64,000 nt of DNA, taken from contig OZ242214.1 in assembly GCA_965206595.1 (NCBI GenBank), positions 3,776,001-3,840,000 of the forward strand, in the 5' to 3' direction. Source of the stretch: Candidatus Latescibacterota bacterium (GTDB taxonomy: Bacteria > Latescibacterota > UBA2968 > UBA8231). The notes beneath the pieces are model-generated. The model was not told where the DNA came from. It ran no database searches and saw only the letters and a list, made by a program, of their open reading frames with translations. Shown here piece by piece: positions 56,294 through 64,000 of the stretch (positions are counted from its first letter, which is position 1; every line of letters starts with the position of its first letter). Position numbers and translations under genes: made by a program.

Positions 56294-58312
56294 TTATTTG
56301 AGGAAGGTGACCTTCTTGCTGAGGCTCAGATTGGGAGCTTCGATCTTGTAGATGTACACGCCGCTGGACACTTCCACCCCGTCGGCATTCCTGCCGTCCC
56401 AGGTGACCTCGAAATTGCCGGCGGGCAAGCTCTCATCAACCAGGTCGACGACGAACTGGCCTTGAGTGTTGAAGACTTTGACCGACACCGGCGCTTCCCA
56501 CGGAAGGGAGAAACGGATAGTGGTTTCCGGGTTGAAAGGATTTGGAAAAGCATCGCCCAGGGCAGCGGCATTCGGCGTGGCATCGCCTTCGACCTCCTCG
56601 ACCGCAGTCGCCGGGTCCCCGAGGCTTACGCGCTTCTGATCGTACGGCAACTGCACGAGCCAGTGGAAAGAATAGTAGCTGACGATCTGGTCCTCGGTCG
56701 GGGGCGGTGCCCAGTCATTCGTTCTCTGGCCGGGGTCATTCTCTCCGACGCTGATGTACATGCCGTCCCAAGCACTGTCGTCGTGATCGACGATCATCGT
56801 CCACTGCGGGTAGGAACTGGGGATATTCGTCGGCTGCAGCAGGAACAGGCCCGAGCCGTCGCCGCCGAGCACGGAACCGTAATCGGTGAGGTTCACGGCG
56901 GAGTGACCGATGGAGATCCAACCCCATTTGGTCGAGTTGAACCCGTACTTGGCCCCGTCGCCCGAGGTATTGCCGTAGGTGGGCTCGGCGCCGAAGCTGC
57001 CCGGGACATACATATCGCCGAAGCCGTCGCCGTTGCGGTTGATCCATCTGATGCCACCGCTGTCGTAATCCATGCTCATGACGATGGAGGTGTGGTGACC
57101 CGAGAGGGTCAGGCCGGTTGGATCGTTCTTGCCGGCGTAGTCTCTGGCTGACCAGCCAGGTCCGCCGACGCGGTCGCTGCCGTTGTTGTCATACAGAAAG
57201 ATGTCGGACAGATCCCACAGATCGAGATTTTCACCACTGTCCAGATCCCAGACCGCAACCGTGCCCACTGTGCCGTCTACGCCCGTGGTGGTGTAAATCT
57301 TGTTGTTGCCGGGATCGACTGCGACTCCGTACTTGCGCGTCGGCTGAAGCTCTCTGTAGTCGATGAAACCGTTGACGGCCCCATGGTCCGCACCCCAGCT
57401 CTCGTCGACGGAAGCCGACTGTGTTGCCGGATCGTAAGAGCCCCTGAAGAGCAGTCCGCCACCCTGATTCTGGCCGTTGGCAACGTACGTCCGCATATCG
57501 TCGGTGACGTTGCCGCTGGTTCCCAACGGAGTCATGTCGAAGACGTGAAACGGCAGGGGGCGGTCGCTCTCCGCCCACCAGAACACGTGCCGGCCGACGG
57601 GAATGTCGCCCGCGTCGGGGGCTGAATTGTGGATTTCGGTGCGGTCGATGTACGTCGCCGCTTCCGGGTTGTTGATGAAGTCGTTGTTCATGTCGACGAC
57701 CCACTCGTAGGGCCGCGTCAGCGTCTCGGCGTCGGGATCGATGATGAGCATTTCGCCCGTTCCCTGCCTGCCGGGAGCATAACCGACGATGTGCGCCGTG
57801 GCGTCGGCGTCGAAGGCTGCGAGGAACAGGTCGTACGAACCCCGGGACACGACGTTCCCTTCCATGTCGCGGCCGTTCCAGACAATGGTGTTGTCGCCGG
57901 TGTCGAAACGTTCGCCGGAAGACCTGTAGACCAACAGGTCCACGTTCTGGTAAACATGCCAGCCCGGCTCGGCGTAATCTCCGAGAACGTGCGGAGCCGG
58001 TCCTTCACCTGTGATGGTCAGCGGCGGATTCTCTCCCTTGGTGTAGATGATCAGCCACACGGTAGCGGAACCGCTCTGCGTTCCTTCGAGCGTGAAGGGA
58101 ATGGACAGATCGGAACCGTCGAATGCGTAGTCTTCTATTGGTGAAAGACCGCTGATGACGACCGTCTCTGGACGGCCGCCGCTGGTCATGTCGTTGAGCC
58201 CCAGACTTCCGTCCCCCACGAAGCGCGAGAAACGCTCTTCCTGGGCATTCGACACACCCGCAAGGAGCACCAGGGATGCCGCTCCTGCTCCAATTATGCG
58301 ATACAAAGACAT
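56294..58312 (-). CDS. Secreted protein with N-terminal FlgD-Ig-like domain, central beta-propeller-like region and C-terminal FlgD-Ig/T9SS type A-like domain
   Basis: AGGAGG RBS and signal peptide (VSNA|Q). N-terminal GDNTIVWNGRDMEGNVVSRGSYDLF. C-terminal FPNPFNPETTIRFSLP...VFNTQGQFVVDLVD...VTWDGRNADGVEVSSGVYIYKI...KKVTFLK. Confidence 0.85.
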   Translation of the reverse strand: MSLYRIIGAGAASLVLLAGVSNAQEERFSRFVGDGSLGLNDMTSGGRPETVVISGLSPIEDYAFDGSDLSIPFTLEGTQSGSATVWLIIYTKGENPPLTITGEGPAPHVLGDYAEPGWHVYQNVDLLVYRSSGERFDTGDNTIVWNGRDMEGNVVSRGSYDLFLAAFDADATAHIVGYAPGRQGTGEMLIIDPDAETLTRPYEWVVDMNNDFINNPEAATYIDRTEIHNSAPDAGDIPVGRHVFWWAESDRPLPFHVFDMTPLGTSGNVTDDMRTYVANGQNQGGGLLFRGSYDPATQSASVDESWGADHGAVNGFIDYRELQPTRKYGVAVDPGNNKIYTTTGVDGTVGTVAVWDLDSGENLDLWDLSDIFLYDNNGSDRVGGPGWSARDYAGKNDPTGLTLSGHHTSIVMSMDYDSGGIRWINRNGDGFGDMYVPGSFGAEPTYGNTSGDGAKYGFNSTKWGWISIGHSAVNLTDYGSVLGGDGSGLFLLQPTNIPSSYPQWTMIVDHDDSAWDGMYISVGENDPGQRTNDWAPPPTEDQIVSYYSFHWLVQLPYDQKRVSLGDPATAVEEVEGDATPNAAALGDAFPNPFNPETTIRFSLPWEAPVSVKVFNTQGQFVVDLVDESLPAGNFEVTWDGRNADGVEVSSGVYIYKIEAPNLSLSKKVTFLK

Positions 58313-58944
58313 GCAATTCCTCCTTTGGGAATGTGGATTTTCTCCGTGGAAACTACTTCAAAAATTGGCTTACGCCTGCTGTCGTTGAGGTCGCGTTCTA
58401 TACCCGTTCGCCTTCCTTTCACCTCTCTCCGGCAATTTAGCAACCTAGATCCTGTTTGGAGTTTGTCCGCCAAAAAAAACCCGCGCGGCTCGTATTGGAA
58501 TCTTCCCCACTACGTCCTGCGGGAGTGGCGAACCAGTTTCGTCCGCTATAAGCCCTGCAGAAAATTTTGACTAATGCCGGATTTCCCTCCCTGGTAGCCT
58601 CTCCTGCCATTCCCCAGCTTTCACTAAGGGCGGCCAAGCTACGGCGCTCATCCGAAGAAAGCAAGGGATATGTTTGAAGACCCGGCTCTCAGGATGGAAA
58701 CCAAAAAGAACCTCGCCATGCCTGAGCCGGGTGACGATCGCAGCAGGCCATGGGAGGATCAGCGCCCCTGGAAGGGGCATTTTCCCAATCTGGGGCGTGG
58801 CGGTTTCAACTACTGGCTCCGGCCGCCGGACCCGTACTGCCTCGAGCTCGCACCCACCCAGGTCGCCTCTACACCCGCTATCCCTTTCCATACGGGTCCA
58901 TACGGGGTGCCGGCGACGACGATCAGCTGCCTCGACCGAACAAT

Positions 58945-58982
58945 GTAGTGGTAAAAGTAGTGGTAAAAAGTAGTGGTAAAAA
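58945..58982. repeat. Three tandem copies of GTAGTGGTAAAA(A)
   Basis: Units at 58945-58956, 58957-58969 and 58970-58982. Confidence 0.9.
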
Positions 58983-59123
58983 CCTCGGTTGGCTCCGCAA
59001 GCGCCATGCCGGATTACTTGGCAGAGCAGGGACAGTCAACCATGTTACCCACGGCCGAACTTGGCCGCTCATGTTGGAAGGCGTCCAAAGGACGCCAAAC
59101 CCGCAAGGAAGAAACCGGACCTC

Positions 59124-60383
59124 ATGGCGTCCACCTCAACCCCGCTGCCCGGCTGTCCAGTCTCGGGACCACCTCCGAGCGAGGGCGAGATCGAGTGCCG
59201 CAGCCTCCAACCTGCGGATTACCCAGTTGTAAAAGAGATTGTCGCCGCATCTTTCCCCCAGGCAGTACAGGCGAACCCGCAAGTCCTGGAATCCTATGAA
59301 CAGGAACCATGGTACGATCCTGCCCACCTTTTCGTTGCCGTCGTCGACGGCCAAGTGGCAAGCCACATGGGAGTTCGCGACGGTCTCCTGTGGTGTTCGG
59401 GTGTCGCTGTTCCCGCGGGGCTCGTCGGCGCGGTATGCACGGCGCCCCCTCTCCGCGGCCGGGGTATCGGGGCGCAGCTGATGCGCGCCTCCTTCGCCGT
59501 CATGAAGCGCCGCGGTCTGGCCGTTTCATATCTGCACACATCCCCCGAACGCTACCGGTTCTACAACCGCCTGCGCTACAGGAAGGCCATCCTCGAGAGC
59601 CCGCGCCTCGTCATCGATCTCGACAGAGCCGGCCTTGACATTGATCTCGAAGGGGCCCAGCATGCAGAACCGCGAACCGCGACCGCTGCAGATGCCCAGA
59701 CTCTCAACGGGATCTACGCCGCTCATTACAGTCAGGTCAGCGGATCATGGTCGAGGACGGTGCCGTTTTGGGAGCGCAGGCTGCTGCAGAAGCCGAAGCT
59801 CTTCGGGGCACAGCCCACAGCCTTCCGCGTCGCCGGCGGCCACCGGCCAGTGGCCTATGCCGCCCTGCTCGAAGCGGCGGCCACGGGCACGGTCAGCGAG
59901 TGGGGATGTCTGCCCGGTGCCGGGGATGTCGCCGCGGGGTTGCTGCAGACCACGTTGCGGGACTGGCGAAACCGGGGTGTGCGGGTGGCCGAGCTGACGC
60001 TGTCTTCCCGCAATCCTCTGCGGCCGCGGATCGAGGATCTGTGCAGCGACCGGTCGGGGCACAGCGAAGTCTGGGTGCGGGTTCAGGACAGGGTCCTGTT
60101 CGTGCAACGGATCGCTCCGCTGCTCGACGCGCGCGCCATCGCTGCCGGGCTCAGTGTGAAGGTGCGGTTCTCCGGTGACGAAGGCACTCTGGAAGTCGGC
60201 AGAGGAGAGCCCCTGCAGCTGGAAATCGAAGACAGCGACCTCTTCTCCCTGGTGTACAACGGCCGCCGCCTGCCCGGTCTGATGGATGAAGGCGGCCTCA
60301 CCGCAACCCCCCGAGATCGTGCCATGCTGGCGCTGCTGTTTCCGGATACCGGCGCGGCGCGCTGTGCTCAGGACGCGTATTGA
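59124..60383 (+). CDS. Eis-like tandem GNAT acetyltransferase
   Basis: Start refined to ATG 59124 (MASTST). Motifs VGAVCTAPPLRGRGIGAQLM and SYLH...FYNRL; a second GNAT-like module and an SCP2-like tail (LFSLVYNG). Confidence 0.8.
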   Translation: MASTSTPLPGCPVSGPPPSEGEIECRSLQPADYPVVKEIVAASFPQAVQANPQVLESYEQEPWYDPAHLFVAVVDGQVASHMGVRDGLLWCSGVAVPAGLVGAVCTAPPLRGRGIGAQLMRASFAVMKRRGLAVSYLHTSPERYRFYNRLRYRKAILESPRLVIDLDRAGLDIDLEGAQHAEPRTATAADAQTLNGIYAAHYSQVSGSWSRTVPFWERRLLQKPKLFGAQPTAFRVAGGHRPVAYAALLEAAATGTVSEWGCLPGAGDVAAGLLQTTLRDWRNRGVRVAELTLSSRNPLRPRIEDLCSDRSGHSEVWVRVQDRVLFVQRIAPLLDARAIAAGLSVKVRFSGDEGTLEVGRGEPLQLEIEDSDLFSLVYNGRRLPGLMDEGGLTATPRDRAMLALLFPDTGAARCAQDAY

Positions 60384-60442
60384 GCCGCTCCTTTCCCCGG
60401 GCGCCTGCCTGTCGCGGGCCCCTTTTCTGAAGGCGTCGCAGC

Positions 60443-62377
60443 ATGTTCCCGAGTCCGTCTGAAAACGTCACGAAACGCTCATTTCTGATCGGAACGGCGG
60501 TGAGTGTTTTTGTTGGCGTGGGTGTGATATACGGGGAAAACGTCATTCGCGGGAGCCGCATGGCCCAGGACTTCGCCTCTCCCATAGCCCTGTTCATCCT
60601 CTTTGTCCTGGTGGCGGCGTTGAATCCGCTGATGGGTCGGTTGCACCGCCCCTGGCATCTTTCCGCCGCGGAGACAACCCTCGTCTACATCATGGCCCTG
60701 GCCGCGGCGACGATCCCCTCGATGGGGCTCACCTCTTTCTTCATTCCGTATTTGAGCGGCGCTCAGTATTACGCCACGCCGGAGAACAGGTGGGGAGAGA
60801 TTTTCATGTGGCACGTCCCGGACTGGCTGGTGCCGCAGGATCCCAAGGCGATCCAGGATTTCTACGAGGGGAACCCCGACGGGGCTATCGCCTGGGATGT
60901 GTGGCTGCCCCCGCTGATCTCGTGGGCGCCGTTCCTGCTGGCGCTGTTTCTGGTGATGATCGCCGTGATGGTCATTCTCAGACGGCAGTGGATGGACCAC
61001 GAGCGTCTGCAATACCCGCTGATGCAGCCATCGCTGGCGATGATCGCCCAGGAGAAAGGGAAGCTGCTGCCGCCCCTGTTCCGCAGGCTTTCTTTCTGGG
61101 TCGGCCTGAGCATTCCCTTCGCCGTCGGGTGTTTCATCGCCCTGCACCAATACGATCCCAGCGTACCCGACATCTCGCTGTACACGTCAATGCCGTTTTT
61201 ACAGCGCACGACAGTCCTCATCCCTCACCTGAGCTTTGCCACGATCGGCTTCACCTACTTCCTGAGCCGGGACATCTCCCTGGGAATCTGGTTGCTCAAC
61301 CTCATCGCCAAGCTGCAGGAAGGCGCCCTCCGATACCTGGGGATCACCGGCGACGAGACCATGGAATGGGTTACCGTACCCCTGTTGGGACACCAGAACA
61401 TGGGGGCCATGATCGTGTTCGTGCTCTGGGGTTTGTGGGTGGGCAGGAAGCATCTGCGCGCCGTCTTCCGCAAAGCCTTCCGGGGCGATGCCCGGGTGGA
61501 CGACAGTGAGGAGATGATGTCCTACCGGGCCGCCGTCTTCACCCTGCTGGGCGGGACCGGGTTCATGTGGTGGTGGCTGTGCAAGACGGGCCTGGCTCCC
61601 TGGTCCGCCGGTCTCACCCTGTTTGTCGCCTTCGTCATCTTCATCGGTCTGACACGGATGGTTACCGAGGGCGGGTTTTTCATCACCAGGGCGCCGATGA
61701 ACCCCGGAAATTTCATGGTTTCCGGCTTTGGGGTTCAGGCCCTGGGCGGGCCGGGGGTGACCGCATTGGGGTACACGTTCGTGTGGGCGGGTGAATTGCG
61801 GGTGTTCCTCATGGCCGCCTGTGCCAACGCCCTCAAGATTGCCGAACAGCACATCCGCGGCAGCCGGCGCACGCTTTTGTGGGCGATTCTGGTCGCTGTT
61901 CTCGTAAGCGCGGTCGGGTCGATCTGGATGCAGATGGCCGTGGGGTACAGCTACGGCGCCATCAACATGAGCGGTTTTTTTCGGGGCCTCGTGCACTACC
62001 CGTTCAACTTCACCGCGCGCAACCTGCTCAACGCGACCGGCCCCGTTTGGGAAGGTTGGATCTGGACCGTATACGGCGGCGGCTTGATGGGACTGCTGAT
62101 GTGGCTGAAACAGCGCTACCTGTGGTTTCCCATCCATCCGTTGAGCCTGCCGATCAGCTCCATGTGGATGACGGACTCGATCATGTTGAGCGTGTTCATT
62201 TCCTGGTCGATCAAGGGTCTGATCCTGAAATACGGAGGCTCACCTCTCTACCAGAAAGGCAAACCGTTCTTCATAGGTCTGGTCATCGGCCAGTTCTTCT
62301 CGATGGGGTTCTGGGTGGTCGTCGATTTCTTTACCGGAATGACCGACAACGTGGTCTTCAAGCTGATATACGAATAG
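60443..62377 (+). CDS. Polytopic membrane protein, DUF6785/DUF6784-like (putative transporter), paralog of 19625-21592
   Basis: ATPENRW, RRQWMDHERLQYPL, HLRAVFRKAFRGDARVDDSEE..SYR, WFPIHPL, KYGG, PFFIGLVIG. Confidence 0.85.
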   Translation: MFPSPSENVTKRSFLIGTAVSVFVGVGVIYGENVIRGSRMAQDFASPIALFILFVLVAALNPLMGRLHRPWHLSAAETTLVYIMALAAATIPSMGLTSFFIPYLSGAQYYATPENRWGEIFMWHVPDWLVPQDPKAIQDFYEGNPDGAIAWDVWLPPLISWAPFLLALFLVMIAVMVILRRQWMDHERLQYPLMQPSLAMIAQEKGKLLPPLFRRLSFWVGLSIPFAVGCFIALHQYDPSVPDISLYTSMPFLQRTTVLIPHLSFATIGFTYFLSRDISLGIWLLNLIAKLQEGALRYLGITGDETMEWVTVPLLGHQNMGAMIVFVLWGLWVGRKHLRAVFRKAFRGDARVDDSEEMMSYRAAVFTLLGGTGFMWWWLCKTGLAPWSAGLTLFVAFVIFIGLTRMVTEGGFFITRAPMNPGNFMVSGFGVQALGGPGVTALGYTFVWAGELRVFLMAACANALKIAEQHIRGSRRTLLWAILVAVLVSAVGSIWMQMAVGYSYGAINMSGFFRGLVHYPFNFTARNLLNATGPVWEGWIWTVYGGGLMGLLMWLKQRYLWFPIHPLSLPISSMWMTDSIMLSVFISWSIKGLILKYGGSPLYQKGKPFFIGLVIGQFFSMGFWVVVDFFTGMTDNVVFKLIYE

Positions 62378-62486
62378 CGGAGGAGGGCCGGGAAAACCGA
62401 GTCCGGGGTTTCGCGCGAGCGCGCGAGTACGGCGACCTGACTGCGTGACAATCCCTTCCCTGCTGCCCATGAAACAGAAGCAGGAG

Positions 62487-63428
62487 TCAGCTTTGTGCGT
62501 GGATTCCGGTTTCGTCGGCAACGACCGGTACGGGATCGGTTATGTAGTCGTCTCCGTCTCCGTTCACGGTCAGCACGACCGTGCCCAGGAGAAACCGCTC
62601 GTCGCCGAACTGCACCAGCTGGCAGGCATACGGATTGGGGGCCTGCGGATGGACGTCCCCCGTTCCGTGTATGGAGAACGGACCGCGAGGCGACGGGCCG
62701 ACCATCGAGTAGTCGCTGTTCTTGAATTCATGGCCGAAGTGCTTGTCGCGAAACTCCGGCAGGATGACGCGAAGGAAGGTCGCGAACAGGAGATAGTAAT
62801 GCCCGCCGATGCCATACACCTGGGGGACTTCGATCTCCTCGGTCATGACGTCGACGACGAGGGGCTGCTCCAGCTTCCAGTCGAGCATGTCCGTCGACGA
62901 GGCCACGGCGACACAGCCCTGGCCGTCGCTTTGGGTACGCGCGCAGACGTACTGGAGCACGCGGTCGCCGCAATCCAGCAGGAAGGGATCGCGCCAGTGC
63001 CCCATCGCCCGTTCGCCCGTGCCGATCTTCTCGTAGACGACGCCGTCGGCCTGCGTCACCGGGTTGCCCTCGGCCTTGGTCCAAGCCCTCAGGTCGTCGG
63101 ACACCGCCATGCCGACCCGTTGCACAAGGTGGGGGTCGTTGCGGCGGATGCCGGTGTAGGCCATCCAGAACCGGCCGCCGCGCTCGATGACGGAGCCGGT
63201 CGCCAGCTTCTTGCCGTCCCAGGCGTCGCCGGCACCCCGCTCCAGCGCCAGACCGACGTACTCCCAGTTGACGAGATCCCCGCTGACGGCGTGGCCGATG
63301 TCCCAGTTCCACCAGCGCTCGTCGAGAGGGAGGCTGTCGGGTGCGGTCAGGAAATAACAGTGGGCCTGCTGGCCCGCGTCGACGAAGTACCAGGCGTCGC
63401 CGATGTAGTTGCCGGGTAAGCTGAACAC
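62487..63428 (-). CDS. GH32/GH68-clan five-bladed beta-propeller glycoside hydrolase
   Basis: [42 protein letters not shown]. The nucleophile D, RDP and acid/base E fit clan GH-J. Confidence 0.85.
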   Translation of the reverse strand: MFSLPGNYIGDAWYFVDAGQQAHCYFLTAPDSLPLDERWWNWDIGHAVSGDLVNWEYVGLALERGAGDAWDGKKLATGSVIERGGRFWMAYTGIRRNDPHLVQRVGMAVSDDLRAWTKAEGNPVTQADGVVYEKIGTGERAMGHWRDPFLLDCGDRVLQYVCARTQSDGQGCVAVASSTDMLDWKLEQPLVVDVMTEEIEVPQVYGIGGHYYLLFATFLRVILPEFRDKHFGHEFKNSDYSMVGPSPRGPFSIHGTGDVHPQAPNPYACQLVQFGDERFLLGTVVLTVNGDGDDYITDPVPVVADETGIHAQS

Positions 63429-63469
63429 GTCAGTATCCGCCTCCTGTTCGGGGAGTTGGGAGAGAATGC

Positions 63470-64000
63470 ATGGCTGATCCAGGACACCTCGCCCTGATCG
63501 ATCGGGGCCCTGACTCGTGGAACCAGTGGCGCCGGGACAATCCCGACACGGTTCCCGACCTGCGCGCCGCTCATCTCCGCGGCGCCACCCTTTGCGGCAT
63601 GGACCTGTCAGGCGCCAGGTTGTCTGTCGCCATCCTTCGCGGCGCCGACCTGACCGGCGCCAACCTGCGCCATGCGGACCTGAGCAGTGCCAATCTCGAT
63701 AGCGTCATCCTCCGTGGAGCCGATCTGACCGGGTCCGATCTCAGAGGCGCCAATCTGACGGGCGGCGACCTGCGGCGGGCGGATTTGGGCGGCGTCGACC
63801 TGCGCAGCGGCATCCTCAACAGGGCCGACCTCGAAGAGGCCGACCTGTCCGGGGCCAACCTCGGCAGCACCCTGCTGTACAACCCCGGGAACCTGACGAT
63901 CGCACAGCTGTGCAGCGCCGGATCGCTGTGGCTGACGGAACTGCACGAGCGCATGAGCCTGGTCGAAAACCACTGCCCCCACCTGCTGGAGCCGCCCGGG
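63470..64000 (+). CDS. Pentapeptide repeat protein (runs off the window end)
   Basis: Not in the ORF track because it has no stop in the window. It translates [25 protein letters not shown].. then A(D/N)LxG repeats ([19 protein letters not shown]...ADLSGANL). Confidence 0.88.
   Translation, partial: MADPGHLALIDRGPDSWNQWRRDNPDTVPDLRAAHLRGATLCGMDLSGARLSVAILRGADLTGANLRHADLSSANLDSVILRGADLTGSDLRGANLTGGDLRRADLGGVDLRSGILNRADLEEADLSGANLGSTLLYNPGNLTIAQLCSAGSLWLTELHERMSLVENHCPHLLEPPG

Noticed and set aside
58430-58450. Sigma54-like GG-N10-GC upstream of the envelope operon
   Set aside because: The -24 element (AGGTTG) matches TGGCAC poorly, so it is too weak to call.
58814-58837. Intact tRNA gene
   Set aside because: Only a degenerate 3'-end-like fragment is present; no cloverleaf can be built.
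58945-58982. CRISPR array
   Set aside because: The repeats are 12-13 bp, have no spacers and no cas genes are present.

Overview
A high-GC bacterial window with three parts. (1) Positions ~1-37.9 kb and 59-64 kb hold a paralog-rich set of catabolic enzymes, most without visible signal peptides: four enolase-superfamily dehydratases, four PhyH-type Fe(II)/2-oxoglutarate dioxygenases (two with a halogenase-like HxG/HxA motif instead of HxD), three GH32/GH43-like beta-propeller proteins, a GH106-like hydrolase, a BNR/sialidase-like protein, UxuA, two SDR epimerases, an amidohydrolase, an aldo/keto reductase, two tyrosine-phosphatase-like proteins and two DUF6785-type polytopic membrane proteins. 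(2) Mobile or foreign DNA: an AT-richer islet (~11.9-14.35 kb) with an IS1-family relic, and an IS630 element inserted at a CTAG site with an internal duplication. (3) The most notable element is a ~20.4 kb, 11-gene minus-strand envelope operon (58312->37897). It encodes two secreted proteins with FlgD-Ig/T9SS-like C-terminal domains, three tandem ~900-1050 aa paralogous predicted outer-membrane beta-proteins with Asp-rich Ca-binding-like motifs, a 1086-aa TPR protein, a DUF5683-like protein, two lipoproteins, a membrane-anchored DUF4159 protein and a CsgG/FlgT-like protein, and runs directly into uxuA. An orphan exbB lies ~9.4 kb away. I infer an uncharacterised outer-membrane export/uptake machine that is neither SusCD nor a canonical T9SS. 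The gene content resembles Latescibacterota/Poribacteria-type (FCB-like) genomes, which is inference only. No rRNA, intact tRNA or CRISPR array was seen. Family assignments are from motif recognition by eye, not database searches.
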